Positions 1-8,716 of a stretch of DNA of 64,000 bases are shown piece after piece. Position 1 is the stretch's first letter; every line of letters begins with the position of its first letter. The translations under genes were made by a program, and so were the position numbers. This DNA comes from Spirochaetia bacterium (GTDB lineage Bacteria > Spirochaetota > Spirochaetia > DSM-27196 > Salinispiraceae), in NCBI GenBank assembly GCA_038204425.1, contig JBBRCZ010000008.1:32001-96000 (forward strand), in the 5' to 3' direction. Below the pieces are notes generated by a model that was not told the DNA's origin, searched no databases, and saw only the letters and a program-made list of their open reading frames with translations.

Positions 1-973
1 CGAATGCGTTGCCACCACGATTACCCTTTGGAAGCTGCTCCGATGCAGCTTTGCCTGGCAAGAACAGTGCTTTTTTTTGTTCGGGCGTCTTGTGCCCCGT
101 GTATTCGGCCGCATCGCCCCCTGATTGCTCTTGGTCCAAAAACCAGGATCGTCCAAAGGCAGGGAGTCCAAGTATTAGTTGCTTAGCGGGCAAGCCTTGG
201 CCCAATATAGCTCTAACACTGTTGTTGATGTCCGGGAAGAGCGCGGCCTGATGGTTGATCCTTGGGCCACCCACAAGGTAGTTATAGGCCATTAGGTTTA
301 CAAAGTCGCAATACTGTCCAATCTTTTTTAAATCCAAATACGAAATGTGCATCAGATTGGGGCTAAGTGCGATGCTCAACTGACGCTTCTTAGTTCCTTG
401 TGGCGCTTGATCCAATGCAAGACGCAGCTCAGCCAAGGTCAATAACAGATTGGCCGCGTCGTCAGGACTACGTGTATTGCTGGTCATACCACCACTTACA
501 GGATACTCCCAGTCGAGGTCGATGCCATCCAAATTGTAGGTATCTACAAAGCGGCGTGCACTTTGTGCAAACTCTCGTCGCAGTTCTTTGTCAGCCGCCA
601 AGCTAGAAAACCATGCTGACCCCGTCCAGCCGCCAAGTGAAACCATGATAGAAAGATGCGGATGACGCATTCTCAGCTCAAAGAGCCTTGCCAAGTTTCC
701 TCGGTAATTTAGACCAGGTACGTCTGGCCCATAGGGCTTAATTACATCGGCATTGGGATCAAAAAGTGAGACATTACCGTCCTTTTCTACCTTGGCAAAG
801 GCATAGATGATATGACTCAATTTTTGGGCTGGAACATTTTGGATCTGGAAGTCCCCTTGATAGACGGACCAAGAGGCAAAGTAAGCAACACGCTTAAAGT
901 CAGGCTCGAGAGTCTCAGCAAGTACCTGCTGGCAAAGTAGAAGCGTAAAAACCAAGAGAAGAAGTCTAATCAT
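1..973 (-). CDS. Secreted GH18 chitinase-like glycoside hydrolase (partial, runs off left edge)
   Basis: Not in the ORF track; translated by hand from ATG 973: signal peptide MIRLLLLVFTLLLCQQVLA, then AYFASWSVY, LSHIIYAFA, SLGGW, catalytic DGIDLDWEYP (DxxDxDxE), VNLMAYN, LILGLPAFGRSW. Frame stays open to base 1. Confidence 0.9.
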   Translation of the reverse strand, partial: MIRLLLLVFTLLLCQQVLAETLEPDFKRVAYFASWSVYQGDFQIQNVPAQKLSHIIYAFAKVEKDGNVSLFDPNADVIKPYGPDVPGLNYRGNLARLFELRMRHPHLSIMVSLGGWTGSAWFSSLAADKELRREFAQSARRFVDTYNLDGIDLDWEYPVSGGMTSNTRSPDDAANLLLTLAELRLALDQAPQGTKKRQLSIALSPNLMHISYLDLKKIGQYCDFVNLMAYNYLVGGPRINHQAALFPDINNSVRAILGQGLPAKQLILGLPAFGRSWFLDQEQSGGDAAEYTGHKTPEQKKALFLPGKAASEQLPKGNRGGNAF

Positions 974-2051
974 GCCAAGAAAAATCCGCCAAGAGTTGCA
1001 GTCTTTTGTTAACCTCGCCAAGTGGATCGGCAGCAGAAATTGAGTTCTCTCGGTTGTGGGCAAGCATGGTCATGCGGTACACCAACTGAGCAAAGGCGGG
1101 CTCTTTGGACCAAAGTAGTACAATCTCTGGCAGTTTGGTCTCAATGAATGCCAAGAGCCATATCCAGACCTGGGCCAAGCTATTGAGATTAAGAATTTCT
1201 TGCGATTCCTGGCTGTCATGCCAAATTTCGCGCCGACTGCGGTTATTTGAAAAAGCCTTGTGATACATTGAACACAAGAGCGTAAAACTGGCTTGGCCGT
1301 CGAGTTCTGGCCATTTGTCTACAAGTTGATCCAAATAGCTTAGCCGCTTTTGACGATCGACTGCCAAGCATGATCCTGCAATTAGCAAAGCATCACCCAA
1401 TGATAGTGCAGCCTTTACACAAAGCGCCGTCATATGGGCTGTTTTTTTTGCTTGCATGGAACTTTGTGAGCACAGCAATCCAGCCCAAATTTTAAGGCCA
1501 GAGTTAACCAAGACTCTTATGGCCTCGCTCGACGCCAAACTATTTTCTTGTTGATCATCAAGGTTGACTCCAAGCTTAGTTGTGAGTTGAGACAAGACAT
1601 CCTCATCACCGCAAAGCACCAAGTGGTTGCGGACAAGTTCGAACCACTCTAGACGGGCTGGTGCCATTGCTAAGTCTGACTTGCTGATTACAGCTTTTAT
1701 ATCAATGCTTATCGCCATGATTGCCCTGTATTTGTCTACAACCTTGCTCAGACCCAGACGAGAGTATGCTGGTGCGTTAAGTACAATAAAAAGATCAAGA
1801 TCATCACCTGGTGCTTGACCTATCGACCAGACGCCACTGCCGTTGCGCCTAGAAACGGGATAGACACCACCATTGCCCCTGCCGTAGGTACCGGCCACTA
1901 TAATCGAACATAGATTCTCACCCAAGAGGTCTGCCAAGTCTCGACATAGATCTCCCAAAAGCACTCTCATACGGGTATTAAACTCATGGGAGGCATCGCT
2001 TGCGAATCTATGGGAGCTGATATGCCGTCGTTTGGACAGTAAAGATATCAT
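966..2051 (-). CDS. Pol-beta-superfamily nucleotidyltransferase-like protein with helical C-terminal domain
   Basis: IIVAGTYGRG...GDDLDLFIV resembles the hG[GS]...DhD signature; third acidic residue in ISIDIK. True start may be downstream (e.g. Met at 1970). Confidence 0.6.
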   Translation of the reverse strand: MISLLSKRRHISSHRFASDASHEFNTRMRVLLGDLCRDLADLLGENLCSIIVAGTYGRGNGGVYPVSRRNGSGVWSIGQAPGDDLDLFIVLNAPAYSRLGLSKVVDKYRAIMAISIDIKAVISKSDLAMAPARLEWFELVRNHLVLCGDEDVLSQLTTKLGVNLDDQQENSLASSEAIRVLVNSGLKIWAGLLCSQSSMQAKKTAHMTALCVKAALSLGDALLIAGSCLAVDRQKRLSYLDQLVDKWPELDGQASFTLLCSMYHKAFSNNRSRREIWHDSQESQEILNLNSLAQVWIWLLAFIETKLPEIVLLWSKEPAFAQLVYRMTMLAHNRENSISAADPLGEVNKRLQLLADFSWHD

Positions 2052-2118
2052 ACTGTTATAAATCTAAGAAAAAGCTGAGTAAAAAGCAAAGAAATGACTT
2101 GTCTATTATCCACGATTT

Positions 2119-2144
2119 ATGTACTTTTGCCCCAAAAAGTACAT
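2119..2144. terminator. AT-rich inverted repeat downstream of motB, possible weak terminator
   Basis: ATGTACTTTT-GCCCCA-AAAAGTACAT. Confidence 0.35.
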
Positions 2145-2171
2145 TTTTTTCCTATAAACAAGGCAAAAAAT

Positions 2172-2915
2172 CTAAAGTTGCCCATCTGAGAGGATAATTA
2201 CATCAACACGGCGATTGTAAGCTCGCCCCTCCCGACTCGTATTATCTACCAAGGGTCGCATTTCACCGAAGCTAGTCGATGAGAATCGTTTCTCGATGTC
2301 GGTATTGCTAACGTACTCAAGCGTATACAGCATAGTGTTTAGCGCGCGGTCGCCACCTAGGTGCCAGTTGCTCGGCCACCGACTGCCGGGGCCGGTGGGA
2401 TCGTCGTCGGTATGTCCTTCAAAGCGAACGTTGCGTCCAACTACTGCTTGACTTGAGAGCAAGGAACCAAGTTTTTGAATAGTTTCACGAGCTTCTTCAC
2501 GTTTAAGTTCGGCACTGCCACTTTCAAAAAAGGAATCCGAGGAAAGCGAGATAACTAGCCCTCTTTCGTCCTGAGTGATGCGGACCATTTTGCTCTTAAT
2601 TTCTGGTTCAAAAATGCTAATTGCCGTTCTGCGAGCTTGTGCTAACGAGCGCCCAGATTGCATGGCAGGCAGACTCATAACTGTGTTGCCAAGCTCCGCA
2701 AGCTTGCCTTCGCTTAAGGTATTGCCACCGTCGAGGTTGCCAAGTCCTTGGAAGGCCGCCAGAATAAGTTGAAATTGTTGAGGTTCGATTTTTGGTGTCA
2801 GAGCATAGAGTAATACAAAGAAGGTGAGAACCAAGGTAACCATGTCGCCGTAAGTAAGCAACCAAGCCGGTGCACCTTCTTCGCAAGGGGGACATTTTTT
2901 TGGTCTGCCAGCCAT
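2172..2915 (-). CDS. motB: Flagellar stator protein MotB
   Basis: WLLTYGDMVTL transmembrane helix with conserved Asp; OmpA-like domain EGHTD...NWHL...NRRVD. Confidence 0.95.
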   Translation of the reverse strand: MAGRPKKCPPCEEGAPAWLLTYGDMVTLVLTFFVLLYALTPKIEPQQFQLILAAFQGLGNLDGGNTLSEGKLAELGNTVMSLPAMQSGRSLAQARRTAISIFEPEIKSKMVRITQDERGLVISLSSDSFFESGSAELKREEARETIQKLGSLLSSQAVVGRNVRFEGHTDDDPTGPGSRWPSNWHLGGDRALNTMLYTLEYVSNTDIEKRFSSTSFGEMRPLVDNTSREGRAYNRRVDVIILSDGQL

Positions 2916-2927
2916 AATTCTTGCTCC

Positions 2928-3710
2928 TTAATCCTGGATCGTTTGGGCTTTAATAGCTTCACGTTCGCCAGGTGGCAAAAAGCTCAAGAGTTTCTCAAGT
3001 AGGATTCGAGGGTTGTCGCCACTTTGAATTGACAGTATTCCTTCTATCACTATTTCTCGACTTCTCACTTCTAAGCGATTTTGCCCTTCTAAGTTTTTGC
3101 CCATCGGTATAAACCACAAGTTGGCCATCATTGACCCGTACAAAGTGGTTATAAGTGCAGTAGCCATACCCTTGGCCAAACCAGCCGAGTCAGAAAGGTT
3201 GGCCAACATGGCAATCAGACCAATAACGGTTCCCAACATACCAAAGGCAGGTGACATTGCGCCCCAGAAAGCAAATATTCCCGAAACCTCACTGTGGCGG
3301 GCTTCGAGCTTGTCTACCTCAGTATAGAGAATGGTTTTGATGATTTCCGGGTCTGTTCCGTCAACAACCAGTTGAATACCCTTTTTCATAAAAGGGTTTT
3401 CCAAGTCTTCAATGTTGTCTTCAAGTGCCAAGAGACCTTCGCGCCGTGCTCGCTCAGCAAAGCCGACCAAATCGGCTATCAGCTTTGGTTCATTAAAGTT
3501 TGGGATCTTGAGGACAAGCCCAACGAAACTAGGAATCTTTAGAATTTTTGCAAGCGGACTGGCTATCAAAAGCGGAGCAAATGAACCAATTACAACCATC
3601 AAAACTGACGGCAAGTCAACGTAATATTGGACACCAACACCACCAACAACAATACCAAAAGCGATAGTTCCGATTCCGAGTATCAAACCTACTAGTGACC
3701 CAATATCCAT
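2928..3710 (-). CDS. motA: Flagellar stator protein MotA
   Basis: ARREGLLALE, GIQLVVDG, PAFGMLGT, ALITTLYG, GDNPR. Confidence 0.96.
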   Translation of the reverse strand: MDIGSLVGLILGIGTIAFGIVVGGVGVQYYVDLPSVLMVVIGSFAPLLIASPLAKILKIPSFVGLVLKIPNFNEPKLIADLVGFAERARREGLLALEDNIEDLENPFMKKGIQLVVDGTDPEIIKTILYTEVDKLEARHSEVSGIFAFWGAMSPAFGMLGTVIGLIAMLANLSDSAGLAKGMATALITTLYGSMMANLWFIPMGKNLEGQNRLEVRSREIVIEGILSIQSGDNPRILLEKLLSFLPPGEREAIKAQTIQD

Positions 3711-3713
3711 TGC

Positions 3714-3911
3714 CTACTCCTCGCTTTTAAAAGCGCCAATTTGGCGCCGGTATGCCACTATGCGGTCTAACACCGTTGGGTAGCTTTCCTTGATAACCAA
3801 GTGTTTACCAGACAACATCATCAAGGTTGTGTCAGGGTTGGCCTCTATGTATTCTATATGATGGGGGTTTACCCAGTAAACCTTGCCATCCAATCGGGTT
3901 AGCTCGATCAC
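3714..3911 (-). CDS. flbD: Flagellar protein FlbD
   Basis: MIELTRLDG...VNPHHIEYIEANPDT; GTG start at 3911 with GAGGAG RBS; lies between flgE and motA. Confidence 0.9.
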   Translation of the reverse strand: MIELTRLDGKVYWVNPHHIEYIEANPDTTLMMLSGKHLVIKESYPTVLDRIVAYRRQIGAFKSEE

Positions 3912-3939
3912 TAACGTCACTCCTCAACCATTATAGCTC

Positions 3940-5394
3940 TTATCTCTTAAGCTGCAAGAGTTCCTGCAACATCTGATCGGAAGTTTGAATTGTCTTTGAG
4001 TTGGCTTGGAAACCACGTTGAGTTACGATCATATCGGTAAAGGTTTCGGACAGGTCTACGTTGGACATTTCCAAGGCACCTGACATAAACTTACCTTTGC
4101 CCGCAACACCAGAAGGGCCAATGTCTGCAGCACCTGAGTTGATGCTTACCATGTAGTTGTTCTCACCGGCCTTTTCTAAACCACCAGGGTTGGTAAAGCT
4201 TCCCAATGCAAGCTTACCCAACGCGCGATTGGTGCCATTGGAAAAAACGCCGGTAATTTCACCGGCTTGGTCGATGCGGAAGTCTTCTAGGTATCCCATG
4301 GTATAACCGTCTTGGCTAAAGACCTTATTGGAACTAGTGCTAGCGTATTGAGTGCTCGAGTCAGTTGTTGAACCTACTGTGCCAATGTTAAAGTTGAAAC
4401 TCTGGAATATTGCTTCGCCGGCTGCGCCGCCAGCGAAGGCTGGGTTGGCTTGGTCAGCATTGGCCGGAATCGAAGTCTGAGGCACGCGGAAGGTCATCCG
4501 CACCTGCAGATTATCGGCCGTATCGGTTCCTGGCTGGACTACAGACAAACCTTCTACGGTGTTAGAAACGCTATCCAAGGTGCCAAAGTTGTTAAAACGC
4601 AGGAAGTAAGCATTGTCAGCAATATCCTTTTGGGCTCCGTTGATGGTCAACTGAGGAACGATAGCTTCTTGATTTTGACCAACAATATTGACTTGAGCGC
4701 GCCAAGTATTGGGCTGACCATCAACGCGCGTGTAGCTTACCTGCAACTGGTGCGTATTACCAAAGGCATCGTAAATGTCATAGGAAACTGGCCAGGTACC
4801 AGCTCTTACCGTAGCGGCATCGGCGTTTGGCGGTATTACCGGGGTGTTTTTGTCTAAGTTACATGCAGCAAAAACTTCACTCGAGGCTTTAGCAGCGTCT
4901 TTGGTTCCTACAGGAATAATAAGATCTTCAATTGACTTGGCCGAGTTAATAAAAGTGATGCCGTCCGCGGTTTCTGCTTGCCAACCTTGGACACGCATAC
5001 CGTTGGCTGGGTTTACCAAGTAACCATCGGCGTCAAGCCCAAATGCCCCGTTGCGAGTATATAGGTCTGCTTCACCATTTCGCAGTACAAAGAAACCGTT
5101 GCCCAAAATAGCCACGTCGGTTTTTACACCAGTGGTCTGCATAGATCCTTGGGTATGTATGGTGTCTATGGTTGCAATGTTCATGCCCAAACCAACTTGT
5201 TGAGGATTGACACCCCCGACTTGCTCGTTGGGTCGGGCCGCACCGCGCTGACTTTGTGAGAGAAGGTCCTGGAAGTTAACCCGGCCTTTTTTGAAACCAG
5301 TGGTGTTGACGTTGGCAAGGTTATTACCAATTACGTCCATGCGGGTTTGGTGATTCTGTAGTCCGGAAACACCGGCATATAGTGATCGCATCAT
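3940..5394 (-). CDS. flgE: Flagellar hook protein FlgE
   Basis: MMRSLYAGVSG...GNNLANVNTTGFK N-terminus; LEMSNVDL...QRGFQAN C-terminus. Confidence 0.97.
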   Translation of the reverse strand: MMRSLYAGVSGLQNHQTRMDVIGNNLANVNTTGFKKGRVNFQDLLSQSQRGAARPNEQVGGVNPQQVGLGMNIATIDTIHTQGSMQTTGVKTDVAILGNGFFVLRNGEADLYTRNGAFGLDADGYLVNPANGMRVQGWQAETADGITFINSAKSIEDLIIPVGTKDAAKASSEVFAACNLDKNTPVIPPNADAATVRAGTWPVSYDIYDAFGNTHQLQVSYTRVDGQPNTWRAQVNIVGQNQEAIVPQLTINGAQKDIADNAYFLRFNNFGTLDSVSNTVEGLSVVQPGTDTADNLQVRMTFRVPQTSIPANADQANPAFAGGAAGEAIFQSFNFNIGTVGSTTDSSTQYASTSSNKVFSQDGYTMGYLEDFRIDQAGEITGVFSNGTNRALGKLALGSFTNPGGLEKAGENNYMVSINSGAADIGPSGVAGKGKFMSGALEMSNVDLSETFTDMIVTQRGFQANSKTIQTSDQMLQELLQLKR

Positions 5395-5407
5395 AACGGG
5401 ACTCTCC

Positions 5408-5896
5408 TTAGTTCTTCTTTACGCGGGCAATATCTTTATAATCATAATAAGTACCATTGACCAAAATTTGGGGGTACTGGCCACTGGTTACTTCATCTAC
5501 GGTACCGGACACAATCTTGTTACCAACGGTAACATCTACATTTTGACCCAAGATGCCAAAGGCTTGGCTGGATCCTAGCATTTGACTTAGCTTGCTAAAT
5601 TCTGCCGTCAGGTTATTCATCTGCTCAAGGGAGGAAAACTGAGCCATCTGGGCGACAAATTGCTTGTCTTCTAATGGGGCAGTTGGATCTTGATTCTTAA
5701 GTTGTGTGACCAAAAGAGTCAAAAAGTCATTCTTATCCATTGACTGTTTGATCTTTCGTCCGTTTTCGGCCTCGAGACCTTTATTTACAATGTTTACTTG
5801 TTCTTCAACGCGGGTGCGTTCAGAATCACTGAGCTTTGATGGTAGGCGTAAAACGCCAGCCGCCAACGATGGATCTGAAATCCGTTGAATCTCCAT
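5408..5896 (-). CDS. flgD: Hook capping protein FlgD
   Basis: FLTLLVTQLKNQDPTAP...AQMAQFSSLEQM. Confidence 0.95.
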   Translation of the reverse strand: MEIQRISDPSLAAGVLRLPSKLSDSERTRVEEQVNIVNKGLEAENGRKIKQSMDKNDFLTLLVTQLKNQDPTAPLEDKQFVAQMAQFSSLEQMNNLTAEFSKLSQMLGSSQAFGILGQNVDVTVGNKIVSGTVDEVTSGQYPQILVNGTYYDYKDIARVKKN

Positions 5897-5921
5897 ACAC
5901 TACCCCTTTTTTAAACGGCCC

Positions 5922-7559
5922 TTAGGCCATCAAATTGACTTGACTATTTCCGTACTCAACTGAACTTAACACGGTCACTTGCTCTTCCAACTTGCGATGA
6001 GCATAGTCAAGTTGGTGCTGCGAACGTTGACCCTGACTACTTGATTGCCCAAAGTTATGATCGCCATGCGATCCAACGGCAACTTGCAAATTGTTGGCAT
6101 CAAAACCACCATCAGCAAAGGCTTGCTTTAGATTTGCAAGTTCTTCATCAAAAGCAGCTTGTACTTCTTTATTTTCGACCAAAATTGTTCCGGCTATATG
6201 CCCATCTTTAAGTTCTAGGTTTATTCGCACTTGTCCGAGGTTTTCCGGATTGAGAATTAACTTAATTTCACCAACATTGCCGCCTTTGAACATAATTTTG
6301 GCTTGACTCAAGATGTCTTGACCGCCGCGTTCTCGCAACCAGTCCCGGAGAGATTGTCCAAAACTGCCGTTGCTGGTGTTGAGGCTGACCGGAATGTTGA
6401 TGCTTCGTTCCCCTGTTGGTAGAAAAACTGCGTTGTTCATAAGCTTGGCTTCTAGGCTTGCTCGTCCTTCGTCACTGCGGCTGGATGGTGAAACTGCTGT
6501 TATAAATCCCGCAGCGATGCCTGACTGTTTTTGGGCGTCAGACAAAAGTGTTTCGAGTACGGTCTGCGGTTTTACATTTTGACCACGTAAATCGGTGACT
6601 TCTATGCTGCGCTTAATGTCGGCAGTTCGTTCTTTTTGAATTCGTTGGGTAGAACTTCTGTCATAGCGCGCCAGTTGGGCTTCAGCAGTGACGCCCTTTT
6701 CGTTTACTTTTTTAGAAGACTTAGCGCTAAGATTCTTGTCGTCAACTAGCCCAAGCTTAGGTTTGCCTGGCTTGGCTTCGCTGTTTTGGGCCACAGCACT
6801 TGCAATACCCTGTTCTTGGGCCAAATTACGGACCGTAGCCATTGCTTGTTCCAAAGCCAACTTGGGTACATTTGAGTCAGCAGCATTTTTGCTACTTGCC
6901 AGGACCGAGGCCTTGGCCTGCTGATTGTGATTTGCACTTAAGCCAGTCTTCTTGGTTTCAGATGCCTCAATTTGTGCTGTTGCATTCTTGTCGGTTTTGC
7001 CAACAAGTGAACTTATGAGCGACTGAGTTACTGGACTCTCACTCTGGGCACTTTGTGATTCTTTTTTACTGTTTACCTGGCCAAGCTTGCTTTGCAGTTC
7101 AGACTTGCTTGGGTTTGCACTGCTTGTGGCAAGAGCAACTGAAACCGCCTGACCTTCAAGTGTTTTTGTTGCGTCGCCTTTGCTGGCAACATGGGCCTTT
7201 TCTTGTTTATTGAGTGAAACGGCCGCTTGCAGTAAAGCCTCAGCATCTGGTGCCTTCCTTAGCTGGGCCTTTTTAGTTCCATTTTGCTTCTGAGGTTTGT
7301 CTGCAGTCTGGGCAACTTGTTCTGGCTTGTTATCGCTGCTGACGGATTTGTTGACCACTTGGTCTGTGTCTTGCCTTGCGTCAGTTTGGTCTGGCGAACT
7401 GGTGTAATTTTTTCCAGACGACAAGGCCTGCTCCAAGGTAGCCAGAAAGTCCTTGTTAGAGTCTATTGCTGGGGCTTTTTGCTCACCGAGCTTCGGCAAA
7501 AAGTCGCCAAGGTTGTTTTCCTTGGCCGGGCCAAGCATAGAAAAAGAATTTAAACTCAA
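5922..7559 (-). CDS. fliK: Hook-length control protein FliK
   Basis: Long low-complexity A/S/K/Q region plus C-terminal LNPENLGQVRI FliK_C motif; TTG start; upstream of flgD. Confidence 0.88.
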   Translation of the reverse strand: MSLNSFSMLGPAKENNLGDFLPKLGEQKAPAIDSNKDFLATLEQALSSGKNYTSSPDQTDARQDTDQVVNKSVSSDNKPEQVAQTADKPQKQNGTKKAQLRKAPDAEALLQAAVSLNKQEKAHVASKGDATKTLEGQAVSVALATSSANPSKSELQSKLGQVNSKKESQSAQSESPVTQSLISSLVGKTDKNATAQIEASETKKTGLSANHNQQAKASVLASSKNAADSNVPKLALEQAMATVRNLAQEQGIASAVAQNSEAKPGKPKLGLVDDKNLSAKSSKKVNEKGVTAEAQLARYDRSSTQRIQKERTADIKRSIEVTDLRGQNVKPQTVLETLLSDAQKQSGIAAGFITAVSPSSRSDEGRASLEAKLMNNAVFLPTGERSINIPVSLNTSNGSFGQSLRDWLRERGGQDILSQAKIMFKGGNVGEIKLILNPENLGQVRINLELKDGHIAGTILVENKEVQAAFDEELANLKQAFADGGFDANNLQVAVGSHGDHNFGQSSSQGQRSQHQLDYAHRKLEEQVTVLSSVEYGNSQVNLMA

Positions 7560-7616
7560 GGTAAGCCTCCCTGACAGCCGTTTACGGATCAGGGAGTTTG
7601 CCGCTTTAGTGGCTCA

Positions 7617-8228
7617 CTATTCCCTGGGGGGTTTAAGCGTCATCTTGCGCTGTATTTCGGAAGCTCGGTTGGCGTCCATTCGACTTAACCACACCGATAC
7701 CAACGAAACGGCCCCTGCTTGATCGGCAATTTCCTGGGCGACCCTTAAAGTATCAATCATCAGTTGATCATCGTAGGCCGCAAGAATCTTAACCGCTTCA
7801 TCCGGTCGCATACTGTTCAGATACCTAGCGTTTTGCACTAGGTTCGCATATCTATCATCGTACTGCTGGGTTCGTTCCTTGAATGAATTCTCGCGCAGAT
7901 CGTGCGCCTTCTCGCGCTCATCGAGTTCTGAGGCGCGTTGAGAAAAGGTATTTTCGTTTTTGTTGAGCTCGTCATTGCGGGTAACGAGATCTTGGTACTT
8001 GAGCTCCAATGCTTCTTCTTGTCTTCTTACGCGGATGCTATCCAAAAGTAGAGGGTCATCAGGATCTATCGTAACCGGGGCAGCATTAAAGAGCCCTAGA
8101 ACGGGCGACAACAAGCGAGAAGCGTTGATGACACCCAAAAAGTCGAACCAAAAGAGACCCCCAATTGCCATTGCGAGTATAAGAAAAATTAGTCCTACAA
8201 TACGGGGAACCATGCCTAAACGTGCCAT
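7617..8228 (-). CDS. flbB: Periplasmic flagellar collar protein FlbB
   Basis: N-terminal TM with WFDFLG, coiled coil, YLNSMRPDEAVKIL; position between fliJ and fliK as in spirochetes. Confidence 0.82.
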   Translation of the reverse strand: MARLGMVPRIVGLIFLILAMAIGGLFWFDFLGVINASRLLSPVLGLFNAAPVTIDPDDPLLLDSIRVRRQEEALELKYQDLVTRNDELNKNENTFSQRASELDEREKAHDLRENSFKERTQQYDDRYANLVQNARYLNSMRPDEAVKILAAYDDQLMIDTLRVAQEIADQAGAVSLVSVWLSRMDANRASEIQRKMTLKPPRE

Positions 8229-8267
8229 GCTGAAGTCTCCTCAGAAAAGTTTGTCACGATCTTTTTA

Positions 8268-8316
8268 TGTCACTCTTTGAGTGACAAACACCAGCGTCAC
8301 TTTTTGAGTGACAAAC
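8268..8316. repeat. Two 21-bp direct repeats, each palindromic (GTCACTYTTTGAGTGACAAAC)
   Basis: Copies at 8269-8289 and 8296-8316 (20/21 identical); inverted half copy GTTTGTCAC at 8249-8257. Confidence 0.85.
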
Positions 8317-8716
8317 GTGATTGTACCATATCGTCAATACTCAAGTCAGCTTCTTGAATAGCATCGCGCTTGTGCTGATCCAAACCACGCTGCTCAAGCT
8401 TACGCAGTACTTCTGCTTTTTGTCGAGCCGCCACAAATTCGGCCAAAACCTGTTCTCTTTTTTCGTTAGCTTTTACGCGCGCGTGCTCAAGTACTTGCTT
8501 GTCGCGCGCCAGCCGACTCAACCAAGCTTGACGCATCTGCATCTGGAGCAAGTCAAACTGACTCGGTCTAACTTTTTGTTGCTGGCGTATAGCTTCAATG
8601 CTCTGCTGAATTTCCTCTAAGCGGCGCGCTGCTTGTCCCAGTCGTAGTTTAACGAGTTCTTCTTCTTGCTCGCGCAAGGAAAGCAGCTTTGCCAGCCTAA
8701 AGTGATAACGCTTCAT
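8297..8716 (-). CDS. fliJ: Flagellar export protein FliJ
   Basis: MKRYHFRLAKLLSLR FliJ-type N-terminus, coiled coil, overlaps fliI stop. Confidence 0.88.
   Translation of the reverse strand: MKRYHFRLAKLLSLREQEEELVKLRLGQAARRLEEIQQSIEAIRQQQKVRPSQFDLLQMQMRQAWLSRLARDKQVLEHARVKANEKREQVLAEFVAARQKAEVLRKLEQRGLDQHKRDAIQEADLSIDDMVQSRLSLKK

Noticed and set aside
4..606. Short plus-strand ORFs at the left edge
   Set aside because: They lie antisense to the GH18 gene, which the ORF track missed because its stop is outside the window.
540..620. Apparent frameshift in the GH18 gene
   Set aside because: Careful re-translation shows a continuous frame (WFSSLAADKELRREF...DGIDLDWEYP).
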